The position numbers and the translations under genes are program-made. This document shows positions 8,149 to 17,917 of a stretch of 64,000 nucleotides of DNA, piece by piece. Below the pieces are notes generated by a model. That model was not told where the DNA came from, ran no database searches, and was given only the letters and a program-made list of their open reading frames with translations. The stretch is from an uncultured bacterium. GTDB lineage: Bacteria; Patescibacteriota; Minisyncoccia; UBA6257; 2-01-FULL-56-20. The stretch covers positions 822,028-886,027 of the forward strand of contig OY970175.1 of assembly GCA_963707865.1 (NCBI GenBank). Direction: 5' to 3'. The number at the start of each line of letters is the position of its first letter. Positions within the stretch are counted from its first letter, which is position 1.

Positions 8149-9054
8149 TTATTTTCTTCTCCTCCCGTGGAAAGCCTGGTGCACTTCGCGGAGGGCTTTG
8201 TTCGTGAGGTGGGTGTAGATCTGTGTGGTTGAAATGTTTGCGTGGCCGAGGAGTTCCTGGACGGAGCGGATGTCGGCGCCGTTCATAAGGAGATCGGTCG
8301 CGTAACAATGCCGAAGCTGGTGCGCATGGACGTGCTTTGCGATGCCGGCTTGCCGCGCGCGCGCGGAGACGAGTCGCTGCACGGCGCGCGGCGTTACGCG
8401 CCCAATCACTTTTCCGGATTTATTCAAGCTTACAAAAAGCGCCTCATCCGCGTCGCTGCGTTTTGCAAGATATTTTTGAATAGCGTCGCGCGCAGAATCG
8501 GAGACGAAAACGACGCGCAGCTTGTCGCCTTTACCGCGCACGGTGACCTCGCCGCGTTTCAGATCCAAGTAGCGGCTTAAGGAGCATAGTTCGGCTAACC
8601 GCAGGCCCGTAGAGAAGAACGTTTCCAGGATCGCTTTGTCACGAAGCGAGCGGAGGTCGTTGCCTTTGGGCGCAGCGAGCAAACGCTCCAGGTCGCCGTA
8701 TTCAAGTACTTCTATTTGCCGCGACGGCGTTTTGGGAAGCTCTATTTTTTCCGCCGCGAGCGTTTTCACGTCGCGCCTTGCCAAATATTTTAAAAAGTTC
8801 CGGAGCGCGATCACATAATAGCTTTGTGTGACCTTTTTGATCGCCGCGCCGTCACTCCCGCGCTCGCGGCGGGCGAGCGCGAGACGGAATTCGCGCACCG
8901 CGTCGTCCGTGATGTCCGCCGGCCTCCGCACTTTGGAAAATTTCAGGAACTCGTTCAGATAATGTTCGTAATTTTCCCGCGTCTTCGGCGAGCGGTTCTT
9001 TTCTATCTCAAGATAGTTCAAATAATCCCTAAGCAACTTTTCAATTTCGGTCAC
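8149..9054 (-). CDS. xerC: Tyrosine recombinase, XerC/XerD family
   Basis: N-terminal SAM-like domain, STGLRLAEL (R), RGKGDK (K), HQLRHCYAT (HxxR), LGH..ISTTQIYT (H,Y). GTG start 6 nt after TATAAT. Confidence 0.85.
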   Translation of the reverse strand: MTEIEKLLRDYLNYLEIEKNRSPKTRENYEHYLNEFLKFSKVRRPADITDDAVREFRLALARRERGSDGAAIKKVTQSYYVIALRNFLKYLARRDVKTLAAEKIELPKTPSRQIEVLEYGDLERLLAAPKGNDLRSLRDKAILETFFSTGLRLAELCSLSRYLDLKRGEVTVRGKGDKLRVVFVSDSARDAIQKYLAKRSDADEALFVSLNKSGKVIGRVTPRAVQRLVSARARQAGIAKHVHAHQLRHCYATDLLMNGADIRSVQELLGHANISTTQIYTHLTNKALREVHQAFHGRRRK

Positions 9055-9133
9055 GGCTTTATTATACCCCCTCGTGTCGCACAATAAAGACTTGCGCTAG
9101 CAAAGCAATTTTGTTATAATCGTAATAATCACA

Positions 9134-11425
9134 ATGAGCCAGGAATCCACCAGCGGAACAATCCCTACGCCCGCGGAAGAGCCAAAAAAGGAAGCAGGGG
9201 AAGTACGGCCGCGATATAAAATAGTAGCTGGCTCCGAGGAAGAGCCATCTATCCGCTTGCTGGGGTTTTCGGAGGGAGCAACAGAGACGCCGGCGGAGCG
9301 CGCAGCGCGCGAAGCAGAAGAAAAACTGGAAAAGGATCTTACGACTGCCCGCGACGAGTATGCAAAAATAAGCCGTGAATTCAAGAAATCTGGCAATGGA
9401 GACAAGAAGGCGCTGGAGGAGGCGCAGAAAAAGTATTCTGAGGCACGGAGGGATGAGCTTGAACACAGGCTGGGATTTTTTGAAGAGACGTTTGACGAAG
9501 AAGTTAAGCGTGGCACATTCAAGGCAGAAGACAGGAAAAAAGAAATTGCGAGATTTACCAAGTTTGGTTTGGTGAATGAATTCAAGCAGCTCTACGACGC
9601 AAAAACGAATCTGGAGATCGCCGAGAAAAAAGAAACCATTGCGAACAGGATCGGCAAAGCGGCATACCGGGCTTTTGATTGGTATCGGAAGCTCCCGGCT
9701 TGGAAAAAGGTTACTGCAGGTGTTGCGCTTATGGGGGTTGGTTGGGCCGGCGGCGCAACTGCGGTGGTAGCCGCATCCGTTGCGGGCGCAAGCACGGCCA
9801 TGAGACTGATGGGCTCGGGAGGTATGACGCTCACCATAGAAGCCCTCTTGAAGAAAAGGGATGAAAGGAAGCTTGCGAGAGAGATCGGTAAGGCACTTAA
9901 TGTTGGGGAAGGGGTTGATACGGCGCTCCAAAGTGCACGGGAAGGGAAAACCGCAGCGGCGCTGACCGAATTTTTGAAAGCAAACGATGCGCAATTATTG
10001 GACCGTTATGCGGACAACGAAGAAATATTCAGAAAGAGGGAGGGGGCATTAAGAAAGAGAAGGTGGTTAATCTCTGCCGCGGGAGGTGCGGCGATGTTCG
10101 CGGGCGGGTTGGCCCTTAGCAAGCTTATACATGGCTCTGGCGGGCATGGGGCGACGACTGGGCATGCGCCCGGATCCGCCGCGGGCGCTCCGAAAGTGGA
10201 AGTGGTCATAGGAGACCAAGTGGAGATGAAGGACACCGTTTGGAATTCCTGCAGAATCTTGCTGAACCAGCAAGGGATTGCGCACCCGACGCCGAGTGAG
10301 ATTATGCAGGTTGCAGAGCAGGTAGCGAAGGATAATCATGTCGGCGTGGCTCCGTGGAACATCCCTGGGAGTTCACTGGATGTTGCCATGAAACAAGGGG
10401 AGCATCTCAAGCTGACAAAGATGGTAGGTGGGCTTGTGAAGGAAATTGTTGCGAAGCATGCTGGGGCGCCATCACACGGAGTCCATGCACTTGGCAACGA
10501 AGTCGTGCCGCATCCCGCACACGAAGTCTCGTCGATACCTCCGTCGCCGCATGCGCCTGATGTTCCTATTTCTCATCCCGCAGAAGCAACCGCGCATGTG
10601 AGCGGCGAATCTGCCGCCGCCAATGTTCCGCACGTCCACGAAGCCGCATCACCGGCGGCCCCACTGGCAGGAGATCAGGGTTGGCATCACTTCAGCCATC
10701 AGCAGGGAGAACATCCATTCACTGGAACGCACGGAAAGGTACCTGCACCACCCGCGCCGGACGCGGCCGCGAACGCGCAAATGAATACCGTGGATAATTT
10801 TTTCAGCGTGCCGCATTCGCTTCAGGATGAGATTGGGTTCTTGAATTCACATGCGCATGATTTCAGCCACGAAGCGTTGGGAAGAGCCAGGGACGCCGTA
10901 TTCAACGATCAGAGCTTTGATTTTTCGCGCCGATACAATTTTCTAGAGCAACAGGAAGCCCTCACAAGGATGCACGAAATCGTTGCAAAGGCCACCGACC
11001 CTTCACTCCGGGATTGGTACCAGGGAATGGCGAATGCCTTGGAGCACGGTGCTGCCTACCAACACTCCGAAGGGGTTTTTCGGGAAATGCTTGGCCGCGC
11101 CGGCATGAACGCCAAAGAGTACGGTGACGTGAAAAACATGACGGTTGGCAAATTCCTTGGGCACCACCGATGGCACAGCATAGCCGACTGGTTCAAATCC
11201 CCCTATGCCGTGGCTGACCCCACGCATCCGCAGACGTACGTATACCGAGGATGGGGGGGCGTCCGGGCCACGACCGTTCCTGGGGCTACTCCGGAAAGAA
11301 TCTATCATTCCAGATTACTTGCGGAAGAAATGCGGCAGTGGTTTTTGACCAGGGCTTCCTCCACCGATTACAAAAACCTTACCGTGGACGAATGCCTGAA
11401 GACGATGATCGGGCCAGAATCGTAG
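9134..11425 (+). CDS. Large hypothetical membrane protein: coiled coil, Gly-rich hydrophobic segments, LysM-like module, His/Pro/Ala-rich linker
   Basis: 763-aa ORF; DTVWNS...GEHLKL resembles LysM; TATAAT upstream. Confidence 0.7.
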   Translation: MSQESTSGTIPTPAEEPKKEAGEVRPRYKIVAGSEEEPSIRLLGFSEGATETPAERAAREAEEKLEKDLTTARDEYAKISREFKKSGNGDKKALEEAQKKYSEARRDELEHRLGFFEETFDEEVKRGTFKAEDRKKEIARFTKFGLVNEFKQLYDAKTNLEIAEKKETIANRIGKAAYRAFDWYRKLPAWKKVTAGVALMGVGWAGGATAVVAASVAGASTAMRLMGSGGMTLTIEALLKKRDERKLAREIGKALNVGEGVDTALQSAREGKTAAALTEFLKANDAQLLDRYADNEEIFRKREGALRKRRWLISAAGGAAMFAGGLALSKLIHGSGGHGATTGHAPGSAAGAPKVEVVIGDQVEMKDTVWNSCRILLNQQGIAHPTPSEIMQVAEQVAKDNHVGVAPWNIPGSSLDVAMKQGEHLKLTKMVGGLVKEIVAKHAGAPSHGVHALGNEVVPHPAHEVSSIPPSPHAPDVPISHPAEATAHVSGESAAANVPHVHEAASPAAPLAGDQGWHHFSHQQGEHPFTGTHGKVPAPPAPDAAANAQMNTVDNFFSVPHSLQDEIGFLNSHAHDFSHEALGRARDAVFNDQSFDFSRRYNFLEQQEALTRMHEIVAKATDPSLRDWYQGMANALEHGAAYQHSEGVFREMLGRAGMNAKEYGDVKNMTVGKFLGHHRWHSIADWFKSPYAVADPTHPQTYVYRGWGGVRATTVPGATPERIYHSRLLAEEMRQWFLTRASSTDYKNLTVDECLKTMIGPES

Positions 11426-11467
11426 CACGGTGAACTACATAACGCGCGAAATGGTATAATAGAAACC

Positions 11468-11761
11468 ATGAGAGACCTTATAAAAGAACTTGGCATAGAA
11501 GAATTGACGCAGGAAGAAAAAGACGAAGTGCTTACACGACTCACCGACTCGCTTCTCCAGCGGCTCATCCTTCGTGTGTATGACAAGCTGGATGAGGAAC
11601 ATCAGAAAGAATTTGACAAACTCACCGACGAAGGCGATGTAGGAAAGATTAATACTTTTCTAGGACAGAATGTGCCCGACCTTGATGAGATAAGGGACCG
11701 CGAGCTGGACGAGCTCGTTTTGGAAATGAAGGATTTCATGGCTGCGGCCGCGAAAAGATAA
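11468..11761 (+). CDS. Small acidic helical CPR protein (DUF5663-like)
   Basis: KELGIEELTQEEKDEVL...LQRLILRVYDKL pattern, recognised from CPR proteins. Confidence 0.7.
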   Translation: MRDLIKELGIEELTQEEKDEVLTRLTDSLLQRLILRVYDKLDEEHQKEFDKLTDEGDVGKINTFLGQNVPDLDEIRDRELDELVLEMKDFMAAAAKR

Positions 11762-11820
11762 TCCCTCACGCGTAGCGCGAGGCGTTGTGTTTTTCCCGTG
11801 TGCGCAGTATTATATATTCA

Positions 11821-12087
11821 ATGCTTACGAAACGCGTAAAATCCCGCATCATCGGGGAGCACGGCGAACACAGCAAGGACACGGGTTCGGCGCAGGTGCA
11901 GGTCGCGATGCTTTCACGCCAGATTGACGAGCTCGCGTTGCATCTGAAGAAAAATCCAAAAGATAACCACTCGCGCAGGGGACTTTTGAAAATGGTTTCC
12001 AAACGCAGGAAGCTACTGTCCTACCTCCAAAAGCGCGAACCATCCGAATACGGAAAGTTGATAAAGAAACTTGAACTTAAACGATAA
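11821..12087 (+). CDS. rpsO: 30S ribosomal protein S15
   Basis: DTGSAQVQVAML, HLKKNPKDNHSRRGLLKMVSKRRKLLSYL. Confidence 0.97.
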   Translation: MLTKRVKSRIIGEHGEHSKDTGSAQVQVAMLSRQIDELALHLKKNPKDNHSRRGLLKMVSKRRKLLSYLQKREPSEYGKLIKKLELKR

Positions 12088-12716
12088 TGAAAATTGATAC
12101 GCGATATTCCAACCAGCGGGTTGGGATTTTTGTTGATGTGCAGAACCTCTATCATTCCGCGAAGAACCTCTATCGCGGCCGCGTGAACTATACGGAGCTC
12201 AAAAAATACCTCGTGGGCGACCGGCAGTTGATCCGCGCGATGGCGTATGTGGTGAAAAGTGAGGGGGTTGAGCCCCAGCACTTCGGGCCCCGGCCGGAGC
12301 GGTACGAAGCGGAACCGGGCGTGCGCCCGACACTCCGGACGGGACGCGTGGTGCGTGCTGCGGAAGAGAACAGCGAGCTTTCTTCTGAAAGCGCGTTCTT
12401 TGAGGCGCTTACGAAAGCGGGATTTGAGCTCCGGATGAAAGACCTTCAAATCTATGCCGGAGGCATGAAGAAGGCGGACTGGGACGTAGGGATGGCGGTG
12501 GACGCGATCAGAATGGCGTCGTTTTTAGACGTGGTCATACTTGTGACGGGCGACGGCGATTTTATTCCGCTTGTGGATTATCTTAAATGGGGCGCCGGTC
12601 GGTTTGTTGAAGTGGCTGCGTTCCGCCGGAGCGCGTCTTCAAAAATACAGGAGGCTGCCGACCACTTTATAAACATTGAGGAAATTCCGAGGGCTATCAT
12701 GAAGTCGCGCATATAG
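12087..12716 (+). CDS. NYN/LabA-DUF88 (PIN-like) domain protein
   Basis: IFVDVQNLY, KADWDVGMAVDA, LVTGDGDFIPLV, ADHFINI motifs. Confidence 0.9.
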   Translation: MKIDTRYSNQRVGIFVDVQNLYHSAKNLYRGRVNYTELKKYLVGDRQLIRAMAYVVKSEGVEPQHFGPRPERYEAEPGVRPTLRTGRVVRAAEENSELSSESAFFEALTKAGFELRMKDLQIYAGGMKKADWDVGMAVDAIRMASFLDVVILVTGDGDFIPLVDYLKWGAGRFVEVAAFRRSASSKIQEAADHFINIEEIPRAIMKSRI

Positions 12717-12735
12717 CATATTCATCATTAAAACT

Positions 12736-14841
12736 ATGTTAAACAAAAAACAGTTCTCGATTGACGTTGCCGGAAAAACGCTCACGATAGAAATTTCAGC
12801 GCTTGCCGAACAGGCGAACGCCGCCGTGCTCGCGAAATACGGCGAGACGGTGGTCCTCGCGACTGCGGTTATGACGCGGAAGGAGGCGTCCACCGATTAT
12901 CTTCCGCTCAAAGTGGATTACGAAGAGAAATTTTACGCGGCAGGGAAGATCATCGGCAGCAGGTTCATCCGCCGCGAAGGGCGCTCTTCGGAAGAGGCGA
13001 TCCTTGCGGGACGGCTTGTTGATCGCACGATCCGGCCGCTCTTTGATAGTCGCGTCCGGCACGAGATCCAGGTGGTCGTGACGGTGCTCCAGATTGATGA
13101 AGAAAACGATCCGGAATTTGTGGGGCTCTTGGGCGCATCCACCGCGCTTCTTATATCCGACATTCCGTGGAATGGGCCCGTGGCGGGAGTGCGCGTTGCG
13201 CACGTCGGCAACGAGTTCAAGATGAATCCCGACAACTCATATATTACTGCGAATCCGCCGACGTTTGACGCTTTTGTTTCGGGCACAAAGGACAGGATCA
13301 ATATGATGGAGCTCGGCGGCCTGGACGCAGAGGAGAGCGACATTGCGCGCGGGATAACGCTCGCGCAACAGGAGATCAATCACCTCGTGGAGTTCCAGGA
13401 AAAGATCCGGAAAGAAATCGGGAAAGAAAAAGTTGTCGTTGCCATCTCCGAACCGGATGAAGAGTTGAAGAGCGCGGTCAGTACGTATCTGGCGGATAAG
13501 CTTGAGGCTGCGGTCTTCCGTCCGAGCAAAATGGAACAACAGAGCGAGATCGGCAAATTAAAAACAGAATTTTTCCTACACCTCAAAGAAACATTTGAGG
13601 CGAAGGAAAAAGAAGTGAACTGGAAAGCAGCCGATTTCCTCTTTGAGGAAGAGATTAATGACCTCGTGCACCGCGAGACGCTTACAAAGGAGCGGCGTCC
13701 CGACGGAAGGAAGTTGGACGAACTGCGCGCACTGGACGGCGAAGTGGCGCTTTTCTCCCGCACGCACGGCTCGGCGCTCTTCGTGCGCGGGAATACGCAG
13801 GCTCTTGCGGTCACGACGCTTGCGGCGCCGGGCGCAGAACAGATGATTGAAACGATGGAGACGACGGCGAAGCGCCGGTTCATGCTGCACTACAATTTTC
13901 CGCCGTTCTCGGTAGGGGAGGTGGGCACGTTCCGCGGACCGGGCCGTCGCGAGATCGGCCACGGGAACCTTGCGCGCAAATCGCTTGAGCGACTGATGCC
14001 GACGAAAGAGGAATTTCCCTATACGATCCGCGTGGTCTCGGAGATCATGTCTTCCAACGGCTCGTCTTCCATGGCAACCGTCTGCGCATCGTCCTTGTCA
14101 CTCATGGATGCCGGCGTGCCAATTAAAAAACCGGCGGCGGGCATCGCAATGGGTTTGATGATGAAAGACGTGAATAATTACAAAATTCTCACGGACATCC
14201 AAGGACCGGAGGATCACCACGGCGACATGGACTTCAAGGTTGCGGGAACGATGGACGGCGTGACTGGCATGCAGATGGACATCAAAGTAGACGGGCTCAC
14301 GGTGGAAATTCTGGAAAAAACGATGATGCAGGCGAAGAAAGCACGACTCCAAATTTTGGATGTTATGAAGGGCGTGATTGCTGCCCCGCGCGAAAAGTTG
14401 TCGCCGTACGTGCCAACCATCAGGCAGCTCAAGATTGCGACGGACAAGATTGGCGCAGTCATCGGCCCAGGCGGAAAAGTTATCAATGGCCTCATTGAGA
14501 AATACGGTCTTGCAGGGATTGATATTGATGATGACGGCGGCGTATTCGTTTCGGGAACCGACCTCGCGAAGGTGGAGGCGGCGGTCGCGGAAATAAAAGG
14601 CATTGCGCGTGAATTCAAAGTGGGCGAGATCGTGGAAGGGACTGTAATAAAAACGCTTGAATTCGGCGCGATCGTGGACCTCGGCGGCGGCAAGGACGGC
14701 ATGATCCACGTTTCCGAGCTGAAGAACGGCTTTGTGAAGAAGGTGGAGGATGTGGTGAAGGTCGGGGACTTTGTCCGCGCAAAGATCATAAGCACGGACG
14801 ATAGCGGTCACGTCCGATTGTCCATAAAACAGCTGCAATAG
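12736..14841 (+). CDS. pnp: Polyribonucleotide nucleotidyltransferase
   Basis: Two RNase PH domains (RREIGHG, SNGSSSMA, DHHGDMDFKVAGT), KH and S1 domains. Confidence 0.97.
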   Translation: MLNKKQFSIDVAGKTLTIEISALAEQANAAVLAKYGETVVLATAVMTRKEASTDYLPLKVDYEEKFYAAGKIIGSRFIRREGRSSEEAILAGRLVDRTIRPLFDSRVRHEIQVVVTVLQIDEENDPEFVGLLGASTALLISDIPWNGPVAGVRVAHVGNEFKMNPDNSYITANPPTFDAFVSGTKDRINMMELGGLDAEESDIARGITLAQQEINHLVEFQEKIRKEIGKEKVVVAISEPDEELKSAVSTYLADKLEAAVFRPSKMEQQSEIGKLKTEFFLHLKETFEAKEKEVNWKAADFLFEEEINDLVHRETLTKERRPDGRKLDELRALDGEVALFSRTHGSALFVRGNTQALAVTTLAAPGAEQMIETMETTAKRRFMLHYNFPPFSVGEVGTFRGPGRREIGHGNLARKSLERLMPTKEEFPYTIRVVSEIMSSNGSSSMATVCASSLSLMDAGVPIKKPAAGIAMGLMMKDVNNYKILTDIQGPEDHHGDMDFKVAGTMDGVTGMQMDIKVDGLTVEILEKTMMQAKKARLQILDVMKGVIAAPREKLSPYVPTIRQLKIATDKIGAVIGPGGKVINGLIEKYGLAGIDIDDDGGVFVSGTDLAKVEAAVAEIKGIAREFKVGEIVEGTVIKTLEFGAIVDLGGGKDGMIHVSELKNGFVKKVEDVVKVGDFVRAKIISTDDSGHVRLSIKQLQ

Positions 14842-14842
14842 C

Positions 14843-14872
14843 ACGCGCCGCCCACGGGGCGGAGCGTTTTTA
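14843..14872 (+). terminator. Probable intrinsic terminator after pnp
   Basis: CCGCCC-acg-GGGCGG stem followed by TTTTT. Confidence 0.55.
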
Positions 14873-14892
14873 TTCGTGCTAAAATAGAGCAG

Positions 14893-15951
14893 ATGGAAGG
14901 ATCTCTCAACAACGCGCCGTTATCGCCACCTTCGCCGTTCCCCGAAGTTCCCTCGGCGCCACCTCCGCCGCCGGAGGTACAAGTGCGCACGATGCGCTCC
15001 GACCTGGAATCAATGGCAAAAAGCGGCGGAGGTTCGCCGCGTTTCCGAATTGTGAAAGCGGCAGGACTCGCGATGGAAAATAATTCTGTCTCGAGAGCGG
15101 TGCGTGCAAAAAAGGAAAAAGCCCTTATCATTGCGCTTGTCGCCGTCGCGGTCGCTGCAGTAGTAGCATGTATCGGCTATTTCGCGTACCCGGCATTTTT
15201 CTCCGGTTCCACGGCACCGCAGCAGCCGCCGCAACAACCGACGCAGTCCGGTGCCAGCGCGGGCGCCTCGGCGGCTCAACCCAATGCTGCGACTACTACC
15301 GCGACCACTACTGTAACAAGCGTTGCGACAAGCACCCCCGCGGCGACGGCATCCTCCGCCCAAAACTCATCCTTCAAAGAACCCGCGGACCAGGTTTTGA
15401 CGCTCGTACTCAGTGCGGGCGGAACGGTCACGAGCGCAGCCGACCTTCAAACATTCAATCAGAGACTCTCCGCGCTTCTTACGGCCGCGGACAAAAAATC
15501 AAACTTTATTGAAATTGACGCGAAGGGTGCGGACGGGCGTGATCTCGGCATCGCAGAAATTTTATCGCAGGCGAACGCAGAGATCATTAGTCCGACGCTT
15601 CTTGCCGCAAACTTTGATCCCGCCGCGGCCTTCTTTGTGTATCGCGACAAGAACGGTTTCTGGCCTGGCTATGTGCTTTCGCTCCAAACGGGGAAGAGTT
15701 GGCTGTTTTTGGAAAATGATGTGGCGAAATTGGAAACGTCGCCGAATATCGCCAATCTATTTCTCTATGACATTGGCGTGCTGCCCACGAGCGGCTTCGT
15801 GGGCGGAACAGTGGCGAACACGTCTGTGCGAGTGTTGCCGTTCCCGAGCGCAAACCCGTCCGCGAGCTTCGTGTATGGTTGGTATGGCGGGACCCGCCTC
15901 ATCGTGAGTACGTCGCTTGCAGGCTTTGCGCAGGCGGTGTCTCACCTTTAG
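14893..15951 (+). CDS. Hypothetical membrane-anchored CPR protein
   Basis: VRTMRSDL N-terminal motif, TM helix, Thr/Ala-rich linker, C-terminal globular domain. Confidence 0.7.
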   Translation: MEGSLNNAPLSPPSPFPEVPSAPPPPPEVQVRTMRSDLESMAKSGGGSPRFRIVKAAGLAMENNSVSRAVRAKKEKALIIALVAVAVAAVVACIGYFAYPAFFSGSTAPQQPPQQPTQSGASAGASAAQPNAATTTATTTVTSVATSTPAATASSAQNSSFKEPADQVLTLVLSAGGTVTSAADLQTFNQRLSALLTAADKKSNFIEIDAKGADGRDLGIAEILSQANAEIISPTLLAANFDPAAAFFVYRDKNGFWPGYVLSLQTGKSWLFLENDVAKLETSPNIANLFLYDIGVLPTSGFVGGTVANTSVRVLPFPSANPSASFVYGWYGGTRLIVSTSLAGFAQAVSHL

Positions 15952-15981
15952 TCCGCCATGCGTGGCCTCGCTGCCTAGAAC

Positions 15982-17082
15982 CTACGAGTGTTTTGGATCC
16001 GTCTTCTCCATGTCTTCCACGACTTTTTTCTTGATCTCGTTCAAGAGTTTTTTGTCTTCTTTTAGTTTTAGGCGGACGTTATCAAACCCTGTGCCGAGCT
16101 TCTCCCCCTCAAACGTGAAACCCGCTCCTGATTTTTTGACGACACCGCGGTTCACGGCGGCGTTTAGGACATCGCTTTCGTAGGAGATTCCTTCGCCGAA
16201 CATGATGTCAAACTCGGCGGTCCGGAAGGGCGCCGCCACCTTGTTCTTCGCCACCTTTGCTCTCACGCGGTTGCCCACCACCACGTCCCCTTTCTTTACC
16301 TGCGCAATACGGCGGAGATCTATCCGCACCGAAGCCGCAAACTTGAGCGCCAATCCCCCCGGCGTCGTTTCCGGATTGCCGAACATGACGCCGATCTTCA
16401 TGCGGATCTGGTTGATAAAAATGATGAGCGTCTGACTTTGGCTTGCGATGGCGGTGAGCTTCCGCAAGGCCTGCGCCATCATGCGCGCCTGGCGTCCCAC
16501 GTGCTGCTCCCCCATTTCTCCTTCTATCTCCGCACGTGGCGTGAGCGCCGCCACGGAGTCCACGACGACGACCGAGATCATCTTGGAACGCACCAGGCTT
16601 TCCAGGATATTGAGCGCTTCTTCGCCGTTGTCCGGTTGGGAGATTAAGAGTTCGTTCACGCGGACGCCGAGCCGCGCCGCGTATTCCGGGTCCATCGCAT
16701 GCTCCGCGTCAATAAAGGCGCACCGTCCGCCCTGCTTTTGCGCCTGCGCGACGACGTTGAGGGCCAGTGTGGTTTTGCCGCTCGCCTCCTGGCCGTAGAT
16801 CTCAACGACCCTTCCGCGCGGCAGGCCGCCGACGCCAAGCGCGAGATCAAGCGAGAACGATCCCGTGGGGATCACCGCTACGTCTGCGCGGCTCACGTCG
16901 CCAAGCTTCATGATGGCGCCTTCGCCAAATTTTTCCTGGAGGGAAGAAAGAAGATTGTCCAGATCCTTCATGCCTTCGTCCTTTGCCACTTTCTTCGTTT
17001 CTTTTTCTTCTTTCGCGTTCACTAATTCTCTCGCGAGCTCGCCGTCTTTTTTTGCGGGCTCCGGTTTTTTTACTTGTGCCAT
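15982..17082 (-). CDS. recA: Recombinase RecA
   Basis: [52 protein letters not shown]. Confidence 0.98.
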   Translation of the reverse strand: MAQVKKPEPAKKDGELARELVNAKEEKETKKVAKDEGMKDLDNLLSSLQEKFGEGAIMKLGDVSRADVAVIPTGSFSLDLALGVGGLPRGRVVEIYGQEASGKTTLALNVVAQAQKQGGRCAFIDAEHAMDPEYAARLGVRVNELLISQPDNGEEALNILESLVRSKMISVVVVDSVAALTPRAEIEGEMGEQHVGRQARMMAQALRKLTAIASQSQTLIIFINQIRMKIGVMFGNPETTPGGLALKFAASVRIDLRRIAQVKKGDVVVGNRVRAKVAKNKVAAPFRTAEFDIMFGEGISYESDVLNAAVNRGVVKKSGAGFTFEGEKLGTGFDNVRLKLKEDKKLLNEIKKKVVEDMEKTDPKHS

Positions 17083-17202
17083 GCCCTTATTATATCAGAG
17101 CCGGCATTAAATTCCTATTAAAGAATGCTTGACAGCGTTGCCTGCCGCGCAGCCATCAGTTGAAGTAGGTGCCAGTGGCGGGGATTTGCGGCGTGGAGTG
17201 GG

Positions 17203-17898
17203 TTAGTGGATCATAGGCAGCGTTCCGGAGACCGAGAGCGGCGTGTAAATGACCTCTTGCGTTACGTTGGTTTCGCCGCCAAGAAATTTTTTCGCGCTGA
17301 TCACAACACTATTGGGCCCCTCTCCCAAGGTCACCCCTTTTTCCCAGGAACCGTCGGGAGCTATGATGATTTCCTCGCTGCTTGAGGATCCGTTGCTTAC
17401 AAGGTAGAGTGCGTCGGCATTGCGTACCGTACCTTGGATCGTGAGAGTAGAGGAAGGGGTCACATAAGGATTTTCCGTAGGATACGTCACGGCGAGAATG
17501 GGTTTGCCGAAAATATAGGGAAACGCAAAGATGAAATATCCGGCGAGGATAACGATGAAAACGGCCGCGATCCACGCGGATTTCGGCACGCGGCTTCGGA
17601 CGAATCGGTTTCTCGGAAGCTCATCCGACACCCCTGCGTCTTTCATAGTATCTTCTTGTCCCAGTTTTTCCCACCATTCCTCGCCGTCAAAATCAAGCGT
17701 CCTGCCGATGCGGATGAGGTAACCGTGGAGATACGGTTTGGAGGGCATGTCGCTAAAATTGCCGTGGAAGAGATTTGCGAGATGCACGGGTGCGATGCCG
17801 GTGATCTCCGAAAGCTTCTTCAGTGAGATCCCCTTGCTACGAAGCCGTTCGGCAAGGAACTCCTGAAAGCTCATTTCGTTTTCGTGGTCGTGATTCAT
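17203..17898 (-). CDS. RodZ-like protein: XRE-type HTH, TM helix, Ig-like domain
   Basis: RLRSKGISLKKLSEITGI...YLHGYL HTH; TM; WEKGVTLGEGPNSVVISA Ig fold. Lies downstream of ftsK. Confidence 0.75.
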   Translation of the reverse strand: MNHDHENEMSFQEFLAERLRSKGISLKKLSEITGIAPVHLANLFHGNFSDMPSKPYLHGYLIRIGRTLDFDGEEWWEKLGQEDTMKDAGVSDELPRNRFVRSRVPKSAWIAAVFIVILAGYFIFAFPYIFGKPILAVTYPTENPYVTPSSTLTIQGTVRNADALYLVSNGSSSSEEIIIAPDGSWEKGVTLGEGPNSVVISAKKFLGGETNVTQEVIYTPLSVSGTLPMIH

Positions 17899-17917
17899 TG
17901 GTGCGCGTGCGGCTATG

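Noticed and set aside
8066-9054. tRNA-Leu plus tyrosine recombinase as an integrated prophage/ICE, or a shufflon acting on the pilins
   Set aside because: The protein has XerC/D size and motifs. No duplicate of this tRNA's 3' end or phage genes was found. The pilins are all co-oriented with no inverted recombination sites.
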